From the NCBI RefSeq assembly GCF_004010195.1, contig NC_057750.1, positions 19,641,260 to 19,684,966 on the forward strand: a stretch of 43,707 bases of DNA, given 5' to 3'. This document shows positions 22,190 through 34,414 of the stretch, one piece after another. Made by a program: the position numbers and the translations under genes. The notes under the pieces are model-generated. The model saw nothing but the letters and a program-made list of their open reading frames with translations. It was not told where the DNA came from and made no database searches. This stretch comes from Chiloscyllium plagiosum (lineage: Eukaryota). The number at the start of each line of letters is the position of its first letter. Position 1 is the stretch's first letter.

Positions 22190-24540
22190 TTAAGAACATG
22201 GGAACTGGAGTAGGCCATTCAGCCATTGAGCCTGCCCCATCCACTCTAGATTATTGCTGATCAACATCCCAATTCCACTTTAGAACCAGAAGTGGAAGCA
22301 GAAGAAGGCCTTTCAGTCCATTGAACATTTACTTTACTTTTATCACAATAACAAATGATTCCCTTAATGATTGGGAATCTGTCTATCTCAGCCTTAAATA
22401 AAAGTTATCGTCCAGCCTCAAGACTCCTCTGTGGTAAAGAATTTCACAAATTCACCACTCTCTAAGAGAAAGAAATCTCTTCATCGTTGTTTTAAAAGGG
22501 TAACACTTTGCTTTGAGATTGTGCCCACTAGTCTGAGGCTCCACATTCAAATTGTTCCTGTAAGAGTTGTAAAAACTTGTAGACTATACAGTCTGCCTTA
22601 CAGTATCCCATTAGCAAAAGCCTGATAGCCTAAGAATTATCATTTCATTCCAAAACTTTGCTTTCTATTAACTAATCCTCAATCCATTCTAGTATATCTC
22701 CATAATTCCACATTGTATAATTCTATTTACTAATTTTCTATGGGACCTTAACAAAAGCCTTCAGGAAATCCACACAAACCTCTATATTGTCTATCCTCAA
22801 TATATCCTCAAACAGTAGGACAAGTGTGTCAAATATGATTCTCTTTCATAAATCCATTTTTATTCTGACCATTCTTGCCATTTTTTCCAAATATTCAGAT
22901 ATCTCACATCTTATAACTAACATTTTGTTCCACCACAGATGGCAAGCTAACAGGTCTGTTGTTCTCCACTCGCTCTTTCTCTTCCTTCCTTCTTAAATAT
23001 TAACGCTATATTTACCAATTTCCAGTCAGCAGAAATCTTTCCAAAATTGATGGAATTAAGAAAGGTAACCACCAATGACTCTATGTCTCTTTGCTGCTTC
23101 CTTCAACACTCTGGGATGAAGCTCAACTGCTCCAGAAGGTTTATAAACCCTTAATTCATCCACTGTGACCTCTTTACTGATACAAATGTTTTTTTAGCTT
23201 TTCAGTTACACAGGTCCCTTGGTTGCCTCACCTCTCGGAGGTTTTCTGTATATTCAATGTGAAGACAGATGCAAAATAACTAGTTTATCCACATTTACCA
23301 ATTTTCCACATCCCCTTCTAATATTTTTCCTTTCATGAGTAGAAACTTCCATGGTCAGCATTTATGTTCCTTGCTAGCTTGCATCTATATTTGGTTTGCC
23401 CTTTGCTTGTCAGTTTCTTGGTTCTCCTTTCTTCAAGTTTGCTCATTCTCCCCGTGTCTGCGCGGGTTCTTCCTGGTGCTCCGGTTTCCTCCCACAGTCC
23501 AAAGACATGCAGTTTAGGTGACTTGCCCATAGTGGTCAGAGATGTGTAAGTTAGGTGCATTAGTCAGGGGAAATGTAAAGTCATAGAGGAGGGGAATGGG
23601 TCTGGGCAGGATATTCTTTGGAGTGTCGGTGTGGACTGTTGGGCCTAATGGCCTATTTCCACAATATAGGGAATCTATGATTCTGATTCTAAATTTCTCC
23701 CAATCCTCATGCCCGCCATTATTTCTGACATTCTTATATTTCCTTTTAATCCAATGGAACAGTAACTTATTTCCTTTACTATTGTTGATGCATTTGTTTT
23801 CCTTTGGTTGGAGGTGCCTTAGGAATGCATATCTGTTATAGACATGATAGTATTCTTTAAATATTCGCCATTGTCTGTCGATTGTATTTTCCCCAGTCCA
23901 CCTCAGCAAGCTTACTCCTCATTGACTCAGAATTTCCTTTGCTCAGACTTAAAACTGTAGTTTCAGAAAGAACCTTGTTGCATTCAAACTTCATTTAAAA
24001 TTCTATTGTATTACAAACATTATTTTGCAAAGGTCCCTTTACAGTGTGATTATTAATTAACCTTTCTCCTTAAACAACATCAAATACAAAATATAGTGAT
24101 TCCCTACTTGGTTCCTCAACATATTATTCCAGAGAGCTATCTCGCACATACTCCAGGGGTTCATCCATTTGTGCTGACTTGCTTACTCCTGTTATATGCA
24201 GATTTACATTGCCCATTAATACTCAGGTTACATGTACTTGTAATTTCTTAATTTAGAGCATGCCCAATATTGGAACTATGTTTTAGCATTCTATAAACAA
24301 TTCCCACCGATTCTACATCTTGATCTTATACCAAAGAACCTACCGTACTAACACACTCATATATTTCCTTACTGGGAGTGATACTCTACTTCCTTTTGTT
24401 TTGTCCAAGCCTTCTAAATGGAAGATGTTCTTGTATATTCAGTGCCAAGTCTCTATAATGGCAATTAAATCATATCCATTTACCTCAGTTTGCACATTCA
24501 AATCATGAACTTCTTTTGTGAATGATGCATGCTTTCATAT
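22190..24540 (-). mobile_element. Old CR1-like LINE remnant, interrupted by a + strand SINE (about 23440-23690)
   Basis: Reversed CR1 3' end (agaacatgggaactggagtaggccattcagcc) and degenerate ORF2 peptides (IDRQWRIFKE..., EDWEKFR). SINE core and attctatg tail inside. Confidence 0.6.
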
Positions 24541-24896
24541 GAAGTGCTTTAACTCAGCCTTTTGAATATTATTTTCCATTTAAACCTATTTGATTTATCT
24601 GCCTGCCTGCCTATCCATCAACTATCTCCATCATCTGTCTAATGTATCTATAATGTGTTTTTATCTGTCCACCAATTTAATTGTCTATCTTTATGTTTCT
24701 TCACAGCCGTCCTATATTGTCTAGCTGTTTTTATATTTTTACATTGATCTTATGTATGTTTCCATTAGTCTTGCAGTCTATCCCTCAATCTCCAAATTTT
24801 TCGATGTAACTATTTCCATTGATTGTAGGTCTCTATTTGAGGGTCTCACAGTTGAAACTATGAAACTAATATTATTGTGTCATTTCATTTTCCCAG

Positions 24897-25071
24897 ATCT
24901 TTTGTGATGAAGCCATTTATTCTCCAATCTGTAACAATAGCAAAGAGGACGTAGATTTCCAAGTCCCCCAAGAATACCACACCACAGGAAATTGGATGAA
25001 AGTCACTTTTAAATCAAATTTCTCCAATGAAGAACGTTATACTGGATTTGTTGCCCATTATGCAGCAGTTG
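24897..25071 (+). CDS. C1S: C1s-like exon: C-terminal half of CUB1
   Basis: Acceptor ttcattttcccag. Encodes IFCDEAIYSPICNNSKEDVDFQVPQEYHTTGNWMKVTFKSNFSNEERYTGFVAHYAAV (human C1s has SDFSNEERFTGFAAYY). Donor G|GTATGA, phase 1. Confidence 0.93.
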
Positions 25072-25264
25072 GTATGAAGTTACTAGAAATTCACAGTCAG
25101 AATAGCATAAGGTCATTTGGGCTTTTAATTTGTGCTGATGTGTGTTTTAACATGATCCCTCCTCCTTTCTCTTCGTTTCATGTCATCCTTCTATTCCTCT
25201 TTCCCCGTGCATTAAAGCAGGATGTATATCTTGTGTCTGCACTTCTGAGCATTTCTGTGCTATT

Positions 25265-25590
25265 GAACCTGTGTGTATGAGTATGTGTGAGAGTGTGTGC
25301 ATGTGTGTCTATGGTCATATGAAGTTTGTGTATGCGTGTAAATCTCTTCATATATCCGTCTGTGAATGAGTCTGTATGTGTTTGAGAATGCAGATGGGGG
25401 TATTTATGTGTTTACGTGTCTATATTGTTTAATTGTGCGTGTGACAGTGAATGTGTTTTTGTTGGAAACCTACATTTTGCATTTTTCTGAGTATATATCC
25501 ATGAATCTGTATCTGTGTGCATTCGTGTTTCTATGTGTCCATATGTCACTATGTCGCTAGGTGTGTGTATTCTTTCATATGCTTTTGTTG
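25265..25590. repeat. Degenerate (TG)n-rich low-complexity tract
   Basis: Direct inspection. Confidence 0.7.
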
Positions 25591-25604
25591 TATGTTTTCC
25601 AAGA

Positions 25605-28165
25605 GAAGTGATGGTCCAGTAGTATTAGCACTAGACTATTAATCCAGACACCCAGATACTAATCTGGGGACCTCAAAGTAAGAGCCTCTGACATCAAGGC
25701 CACATTTAATAACGTGAGCAAACCTGGCATCAGTAGAATCAGGGCGGAAACTGTCCACTGGTTGGAGTCAATCTGGCAGATAGGACGATGGTTGTGGCTG
25801 TTGGTCATCTCAACTCAAGGAGATCTCTGAAGGAGTTACACTATATAGTGCTCTCGGCCCAATTACCTTCAGCTGCTTCATCATCACATTCTTTCTATTA
25901 CCGGGTCAGAAGTGGGGATGTTCGCTCTCCACTGGCCCGCATGAGTGCAGTTCCAACAACACTCAAGAACCTTGACATAATCCAGTATAAAGCAGCCTTT
26001 TGATTGATAGCACATCCATAAACGTTCAGTCATCCCACAGTTTTGAAATTCTCTTCCCAATGGCAATTTGGTCTACCTACAACACATGGATTTCAGCTGT
26101 TCAAGAAGGCAGCTTACCACTACCTTCCCAAGGACAATAAATGTAGATGCCACGAGTTATGCCCTCATCCAAAGACTGAATTTAAATAAAAAATGCATCA
26201 AGACCTGAAGATTTGAGCTGACAAGTGCCAAGTAAACTCATACCAGGTTAATGTCCATCTCCAACAAGAGAGATTTTAACCAATCTCGCTTGACATTCAG
26301 TGACATTACCATTACCACTGTCACCATCCTCAGGATACCCATTGACTACAACCTGAACTGGACTTGGCATATAAATGCAGTCGATGCAAGAGTTTGGAAG
26401 CCTGCAGTGAGTAACTCACCTCCTGACAACCTGAATCTTCTCCACTCAGCACAAAGCACAAGTCAGGAAAGTGACAGAATAGGCCTCACTTGCCTGGATG
26501 AGTGCAGCTCAAACAATGTGCACGGATCTTGATATTAAGCAGGGCAAAAGAAGCCCATTTTATAGACACGATATCCACCATCTTAAATATTTAGGTCTTT
26601 ATCCAATGTCAACATGGTACATCATCGACAAGATGATCTGCAATAATTCATCAAGGGGCCTTGAACATCACCTTTCAAATGTGAAACATCTGCCACCTAG
26701 AACATGAGCAGCCGATGCCGGTGAACACCACTTCTGTAAATTTTTTTTAATTCACTCATGGGACCTGGACATTGCTGGTTGGCCACCAATTTATTGCCCA
26801 TCCCTGTTTGCCCTTGAAAAGGTGGTGGTGAGCTGAAGTTTTGAACCTCTGCAGTAGACATGTTGCATGTAGGCACATAAAGCCTTTAGGGAGGGAATTC
26901 CAGGATTTTGACCCAGTGACACTGAGGGAACAAAGATACATTTCCAAGTCAGGATGGTGAGTAGCTTGGAGGGGAACTTGCAGGTGGTGGTGTTCCCGTT
27001 TATCTGCTGCCCATGTCCTTTTAAATGGAAGTGGTCTTGCATTTGGAAGGTGCTGTCTGAAGATCTTTGATGAATTTCTGCAATGCATCTTGTCGACAGT
27101 ATAAACTGCTATTATTGAGTGTCGCTGGTAGAGGGAGTGAATGCTTGTGGATGCAATGTCAATCAAGTGGTCTGCTTTAGCCTGGATGGATTAAGCTTCT
27201 TGAGTTTTGTTGGTGGTGCACCCATCCAGGCAAGTGGTAGCCTACCTTTTATCTTAGCCTGCTGGACACACTTTCCTCATTCCTGAAGAAGGGCTTATGC
27301 CTAAAACGTCGATTCTCCTGTTCCCTGGATGCTGCCTGACCTGCTGCGCTTTTCCAGCAACACATTTTCAGCAGTATTCTATCACACCCCTGTCTGTGCC
27401 TTATAGTTGGTGGACACTTTGGGGAGTCAGGAGTTGAGTTACTCATTGCAGTATTTCTAGCCTCTGACCTGATCTCATGGCCACTGTGATGGGTCCGGTT
27501 GAGTTTTTGGCCAATGGTCACATCATTAGATGTCAAGTGCTAGTGATTAGATTGTCTCTTGTTAGAGATGGCAATTGCTTGGCATTTTTGTGGCCTGGAT
27601 GTTATGTGCCACTTCTCAGCCCAAGTCTGGAGATTGCCTCGAGCTTGTTGCATTTGAGTAAGGATTACATTCACTATTGACATAGTAACGAATGGTGCTA
27701 GAAATTGTGCATCCATTGTTGAAAATCCCCACTTCTGACCTTATGTTGGATGGGATTATTGATGAAGCAGTTGAAAATGGTTGAGCCTAGGACACTTCCA
27801 TCTTCCACAACCATCTTCCTATGTGCCAGTTATAACTACAAAAAGCAGAGTGTTTGCCCTCTGATACCCATTGATTCCTGTTCTGCTGAGGTTCCTTGAT
27901 GTTATACTTGGTTGAATGCAACCTTGATGTCAAGGGTTGTCACTCTCTCCTCAACGTTCTCCTTTCTGCCACATAATATCCTGATTTGGAACCATTCCTT
28001 CAATGTCACTGGGCGAAAATCCTGGAACGTACTTCCCAAGAGCACTGTGTCCTAACACGACCTGGAATGTAACAGCACGAGAGGGCATCACCACCTTTCT
28101 CCAGCACAATTGATGCTGACCTATCTAGCAATGCCCACGTCCTTTTAATGATTAATTAAAAGATT
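25605..28165. mobile_element. Cluster of L2/CR1-group LINE and SINE fragments in both orientations
   Basis: Homologous blocks on opposite strands: gacatcaagg (25690) vs ccttgatgtc (27922); agaagtggggat (25908) vs atccccacttct (27725). Typical tails ...ttcaagaaggcagct.accac...caataaatg. Confidence 0.6.
27250..27372 (+). mobile_element. Penelope-like terminal repeat fragment with a decayed hammerhead core
   Basis: tcattcCTGAAGAagggcttatgcctaaaacgtcgattctcc...cagcaacacattttcagc. Confidence 0.75.
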
Positions 28166-28584
28166 TTCACACCTATTTGTGATTCCTAATTCAGTCTCTG
28201 CCCGAGCAACATCACGGCAGTACTGTGAACAAAGATCAGACATCATGGATGCGGAAATCAAAATGGTCTCATCTTGGCATGATGTGAGACCATGTGTGGT
28301 CTGAGGCCAGTATTCTTGACTATAATTGTCAAACTCTGCCCAATCAAATCTTCAACTTCACCAACACATCAGTATCTGTGCCAGCTGTCAATAGTGCCTT
28401 GTGCACTAACACCATCATCACTACCACCATTCTGGCATGTGTCCCTTCCACTGCCTTGTGCATTTGGGATGGGAATTTCAGCATCATTGACATTCTGAAC
28501 AGTGGGCACCCTGGCAGTGCCCATCATCTTCTTCCCCCTGTACAAATTAAACTTAACTTGATGCCCCCATCTCAGAGCAGGATG

Positions 28585-28730
28585 GGTCAAATGGAGCTCT
28601 GAGGAAGGGTCACTCGACCTGAAACATTAACTATAATTTCTCTCCACAGATGCTGCTAGAGCGGCAGAGCTTTTCCAGCAATTTTTGTTTTTTTTTCTGA
28701 TTTTCAGCATCTGCAGTTCTTTCAGTTTTC
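28585..28730 (+). mobile_element. Penelope-like terminal repeat (second family) with a hammerhead core
   Basis: CTGAGGA-A-GGGTC-actc-GACCT-GAAAC (28599-28625), then ...cagatgctgc...ttttcagcatctgcagttc. Confidence 0.7.
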
Positions 28731-29134
28731 ATCCAGAGGTTACAGGCTTAGACTGTCTAGTATTTCCTGTTATGGCAATGTGCTCATTCCAGTCTGGGTG
28801 TCGAGTTATCAGCCCAAACTCAGCTGTTGGCATAACTTACTGCACTGCTGCAGATGTGTGACAGTGTCCAACCAACCATAACTCCCAAGAATAAGAATAC
28901 CAAGGAGAAGGGTAATCCTCTGTATAGAAATGGGTTTGAGAGTTGGGAACTTGCCCAACTCCCAGTTATTGTTCCCTTGACAAAATCCTATATTTCAATT
29001 CTTGACTCTGTCTCTTTCCTCTTCCCTGTCCCACCCAACTGTCCCTGGCAATTTTGCTCTGCATCTGCCCAAAGCCCAAGGAGAGAAACCATAAAACTGA
29101 CAAGTGACATATACCTGTCTCTATTTCATTGTAG

Positions 29135-29254
29135 ATGTCGATGAATGTAAGGAAGAGAATCCTTGCAGCCATTATTGCAACAACTATATTGGAGGATTTA
29201 ATTGCTCTTGCCACCCAGGCTACTTCTTGCAAGAAAACCAAAGAACCTGTGGGG
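29135..29254 (+). CDS. C1S: C1s-like exon: calcium-binding EGF domain
   Basis: Acceptor ttcattgtag. Encodes (D)VDECKEENPCSHYCNNYIGGFNCSCHPGYFLQENQRTCG, with six Cys, the DxDEC Ca2+ motif and the CxNxxxxFxC beta-hydroxylation consensus. 120 nt, phase 1-1. Confidence 0.95.
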
Positions 29255-30190
29255 GTAAAAAGTTTTCTATCTTTCACTTAAATATTTCATTGTGTTATAC
29301 CACCATAAAGTTGGAATTAGAGAATGGAATGGATCCTAACCATTAATGCCCACGTCCTTTGAATGATTAAATAAAAGGTCACCTCTATTTGAGATTCCTA
29401 ATTCAGTCCCTACCAGGGCAACATCACGGCAGTATTGTGAACAAGCATCAGACATCATGAGTACCTGGCGATGGTGACTCACATCAAAGGAAAGGATCCA
29501 TTTTGATTCACTGTCTCCATTCCAGTGCACTAAATGAGCCAATCAGCTAAAGCCTCAACCCTTCATCTACAACTTTGCAATGTCAGTTTTGTTTTGGTTG
29601 CTTCCTTGCTTTTCTTGATGTCAACATTTCACTGCTTTTGAAAACAGCAATTTTCATCTTTATGTCAGCCTTGGTTCGTGGAAAGGTGTACACTTTTCTC
29701 AGCTCAAGCTAGTTGTGAGTTAGATCCCACTCCAGAGACTAAAGCACAACAATTTAGGAAGGGAACTCCAATGCAGTGCTGGACTGTCAGAAGTGCTTCT
29801 AAATGTAATCGAGTCGTGTTCCCTTCTGTAATGCAAGATAACCAGACTGCCAAATCGGTCACATCAAGAACCTATGTGAAAAACCAAGAGCTCAATTTCT
29901 TTTTTGATTGAGTTTTTAAAGGATTTAATATTGACCCACTGTAGCGGGGAGAACAACTATGTCATTTATGAGAAATAAATAGCCATTGGACTTCCTGAGG
30001 ATGGGTGACAATATCTTCCTGAATCAATCCTCAGCAATTATTCTTTTGAAGGTGTCCCTGACAGTTGAAACTGGTGCCTAGATCTGATTACTATCCCATT
30101 GAAGAAAGTTCCAATATTACATCACCCTTTATTTTCCATCAGAGGCAAATGTTTAATGACAATACTCTCTAAATGGCTAATAGGGTTATA

Positions 30191-30545
30191 AGCTGAAAAT
30201 GTGTTGCTGGAAAAGCGCAGCAGGTCAGGCAGCATCCAAGCAGCAGGAGAATCGACGTTTCGGACATGAGCTCTTCTGGATGCTGCCTGACCTGCTGCGC
30301 TTTTCCAGCAACACATTTTCAGCTCTGATCTCCAGCATCTGCAGTCCTCACTTTCTCCTCGATGATTTTAACCTACTGTGAATCCTCTTGCAAGGATGCC
30401 TTCCTTGAAGAAGCTCTCTTCCAGAAGGGCTCATGCCCGAAACGTTGATTCTCCTGCTCCTTGGATGCTGCCTGACCTGCTGCGCTTTTCCAGCAACACA
30501 TTTTCAGCTCTGATCTCCAGCATCTGCAGTCCTCACTTTCTCCCC
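30191..30545. mobile_element. Young Penelope-like mini-insertion: inverted plus tandem pLTRs with a 13-bp flanking duplication
   Basis: Perfect 48-bp inverted repeat 30191-30238/30277-30324. Direct repeat 30277-30358 recurs at about 30462-30543. Flanks ATAGGGTTATAAG (30180-92) and ATAGGGATATAAG (30546-58). Confidence 0.85.
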
Positions 30546-30787
30546 ATAGGGATATAAGACAATATCCTTTGATATTTCAAGTAACCTCCTGAAATACATC
30601 TGCTGAATACGAATAGAGATTTACGGTATAAACTGCCCCATGTAGGATATATACACCAATCTGACAGAGTAAAAGAACACGTCACAGAAATATAATCCGA
30701 TCTAAAGTAGCACTACTTTTGAATTAACACTGATTACAGTTGTTATTCTGTCAGTCTGATATCCATCCTGTGCTTTTCCAACAATAG

Positions 30788-30984
30788 TGAACCGCAGTGG
30801 GGAAGTGTTCACAAAATTCAGTGGTATCATCACCAGTCCAAATTATCCCGAAGTTTATGCAGAGAATTCTGAGTGCCATTACAATATCCAGGTCGACCCA
30901 GGATTTGAGGTGGTCCTGCAATTCGCAGAGGACTTCGAGGTGGAAGGGGATCCTTCAACTGGCTGTTTGTCCGATATCCTAAAG
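30788..30984 (+). CDS. C1S: C1s-like exon: N-terminal part of CUB2
   Basis: Acceptor cttttccaacaatag. Encodes (V)NRSGEVFTKFSGIITSPNYPEVYAENSECHYNIQVDPGFEVVLQFAEDFEVEGDPSTGCLSDILK (human VNCSGDVFT...SPNYPKPYPENSRCEYQI). Donor AAG|GTATGG. Confidence 0.94.
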
Positions 30985-31462
30985 GTATGGCTATCTTTTA
31001 TAAATGGCAAGTCCCTTAATCCCTACAGCAAGTTCCTAAAGGCAGTACTGGGCCTGTTGAGTCTCTCGATTTTGTTTCACTGCAAAAGGAGGAAGGCCAT
31101 TCAATCTCTTGAACTGTATTCAGTAATGGTTTTGAAAGGTTAATTTTGGAGGCTGCATCATGGTGCACCCAAACTCTAACTCAAGATCCTGGTGGGGTCA
31201 AATGCACTTTCCCTAGCTCCTGATTATCTGAGTAATTATATCCAGCTTCTCATGTAACATGTGCTATTGTACAGTAAACTAAATTTCATTGTTAATACAA
31301 GTGAATCTTCTTGATGAGACTCACTCACAGTTAATTCATTAACACTATTAATGAAACAGAACCTTAGGGCAGTACAAGACGAGCATTCTATATTCTCTAA
31401 TAGTATTTGGTTCCATATCACAAATAACATGTATACACAATATATTGGAATAATGAAGAGAT

Positions 31463-32174
31463 TGTTACAACACAGCATAAACCCCTCTGCTAATTTTAAC
31501 CAGCAACACTGAAAAGATTCAGTCTGTGCTATAATCTGTTAAAATTCAAGAGGCAAAGAACTATCTCAAAAGTCACTATTTAAAGTAAAAATTAACAACT
31601 TTATTTTTTAAAGCCTGACAGAGAATAATTAACTAACAACTACTTACAACTCCTTTCTCAAAACTATATTTTACCTACCCCTCTACAATACTGGTCTGAT
31701 AAAAAAAAATCTGATATACAATTTACAAAAGAAAAATCACATTTCAGCACCAGTCAGCTTTGCCGAGTGTCCTCTGTAGATTTTCCTCTGTCTTTTTTTC
31801 TTCTCCCTAGGGACTCTGCTTCCCAGGTCTTTGATAGATAAAGGTACCTTTAAGAGAGCATATCTCGCTGCAGCAGCTCTCTCTAGTTGTTTATGCTAGC
31901 TACTCTTTGACACTGGGTGACTTGCCAAAATGTCTGTTATTCATAACCCAAAACATTGGATCATTTTGTTGGTTTGGTGTTGTCAAAACATTATTTTTTT
32001 TTCAAATTTGATTGGATTTTGGCCAAATTTGAATTTAGTTTTGTACCCTGGCAACACAGCTCTTAACTATCAAATATTACATTGTTAACTTGTTCCAGAC
32101 TCTCTGTGCTTCTGTAAGTCCTTGCTAGCTTTCCAACTCTCTTAAAGGTACAGTATCCCTACATCTTCATGACA
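31463..32174 (-). mobile_element. Probable solo LTR
   Basis: TGTTAC...ATGACA termini. The right end (cttaaaggtacag...catgaca) resembles the Gypsy LTR end at 2932-2953. No clean TSD. Confidence 0.5.
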
Positions 32175-33054
32175 AGGCCCATTCTGGTGCCTGTTATATA
32201 AAAACAAGAGACCCATTCAGCCCTATCTGAAAAATATTGAACTAACATGGATGGGAGGAGGATAATTCTAAGCTCTTTGAACCTTTAACACAGCAAGAGA
32301 AAGGCCATTCATTCCCTCTTGAGCCTTCTACACAGGAACAGGAGGAGACTATTAAGCCCCTTTCAAGACACCTACTTGACTGGCTCTCTCTTGATGCTCA
32401 GAACATGACATGAAGCAGCCCTTCAATCACTCTATCTCTAACTGACAGAGTGTGAAGGCAAATTAACATAAACTAGTTTTGTCAGCAGGTCCAGGATTTA
32501 GAATGACAGTTCTGAGGAGAGACCTAAAGAAACTGCTGTTGGTTTCCTTTAAAGTAAAGAAAGCCAAGAAGGGATGTAATGAAATGTTCAAACTCATTAA
32601 TGGATTAGATAGAAGACAAAGGAAGAAATAGTTTCTAATGGCATTGATTTGGTTTGATTCGATTTGATTTACTTGATTTGATTTTATTCATTGTAGTCAT
32701 ATGCACTTAATTACGGTGAAAAGCCTTGTTTTGCAAGCAGTACAGGCATATCATAGCAAACTAGGTAATACAGATCATAGGGCACTTAGACAGAGTAAGG
32801 CATTCAGGTTACAACTGCACAGAAAGTCTGCAAACCAAGATCAACGTTATTTGCAGTTAGAGAATCTATTCAGTGGTCTAATAATGACAGGGGAGAAGCT
32901 GTACTTGAACCTGTTGGTGCATGTGTTCAAGCTTCTGTATCTTCTGGCTGACTAAAGAGGTTAGAAGAAAGCATTACCGGGGTGGGAGGTGTCTTTGATG
33001 ATATTGGCAGAATTTCTGTGGCAAGGAGACATGTAAATGGAATCCATAAATGAA

Positions 33055-33280
33055 AAAAAAGCAAAATTATTGGAAAAAGTCAGCAGGTCTGGCAGTTTCT
33101 GAAGAAGAATCAGAGTTAACATTTCAGGTCTAGTGACACTTCCTCACTTGTGAAGCAGGGTCACTGGACTTGAAACAGTAATTTTGATTTAGTTTCATAG
33201 ATGCTGCCAGACCTGCTGAGCTTTTGCAACAACTTCTGTTTTGGTTTGTGATTTACAGCATCTGCAGTTCGTTTGCTTTC
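33055..33280. mobile_element. Penelope-like inverted terminal repeat
   Basis: cagcaggtctggcag ... ctgccagacctgctg inverted arms around a decayed hammerhead-type core. Confidence 0.65.
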
Positions 33281-34414
33281 CACAAATGGAATGTCGGCTT
33301 GCATGATGGTCTGCGCTGTGTTTACAACTTTCTGTAGTTTCTTATGATCCTGGGCAGAGCAGTTACCGTACTAAGTCATGATGCATCCAGATCTCTACGG
33401 TGCATCCGTGAAAGTTGGTGAGAGCCCTTATGGACATACTGAATTTCCTTAGCCTCCTGAGGAAGAAGAGGCATTGTGCCTTCTTGACTGTCACATCTAC
33501 ATGGCAGGTCTAGGACAGATTGTTAGTTGCTGTCACTCCTAAGAACTTGACGTTCTCAAACTTCTCCACCTCAGCTACGTTGATGTAGATAGGGGTGTGT
33601 CCTCCTACTTTCTTCCTGAAGTAGACGATCAGCTATTTATTTTCACCAACATTGAGGGAGAGATTGTTATCTTTGCACCAAGCATTCTATCTCCTTCCGG
33701 TATTCTGAGTCATTATTGCTTAATATCTGGCCTAAAACAGTAGTGTCATCAGTGAACATGTAGATGGAATTCAGACAAAGTTTGGTGACAAGCTCGTGAG
33801 GTTGAGGTAGTACAGCAGGGAGCTGCATTTGCATCCTTGCGGAAAGCTGGTGGTGAGGATTATCGTGGAGGAGGTGCTGTTGTCTACCTTCACTGACTGC
33901 GATCTATGGGTCAGGAAGTTGAAGATCCAGTTGCAGAAGATGGCGCAGAGTCCCAGGTCACAGAGTTTGGAGATTAGATTGGATGGGGTTAAGATGGTGC
34001 TGTAGTTGATAAGTAGAAGCCTGCCACAGGTATCCTTATCATCCACATGTTCCAGAGATGAGTGTAGGGCTGGGGAAATGCTGCCTACTGTGGGCCTGTT
34101 GTACCAGTCAGCACATTCCAAGCGATGAAGGCAGGCTGGGGGGCTAGATTTGATATGAGCCATGACTAATCTCTCAAAGCACTCCATAGTTATGGAGGTC
34201 AGAGCCACCAGGTTGTCATCAATGAGGCACATTGCATGCATTTTCCTGGGTACTGGGAGGATGGTGGTTTTTCTGAAGCAGGTGGGGACTTCAGATTGTA
34301 GCAAAGAGAGGTTAAAGATGTCAATGAGTATTCTCGCCAGCTGGTCTGCACAGAATCTGTGCATGGCCGGGGACTTCATCCAGACCAGTCACTTTCCATG
34401 GATTCACTCTCAAG

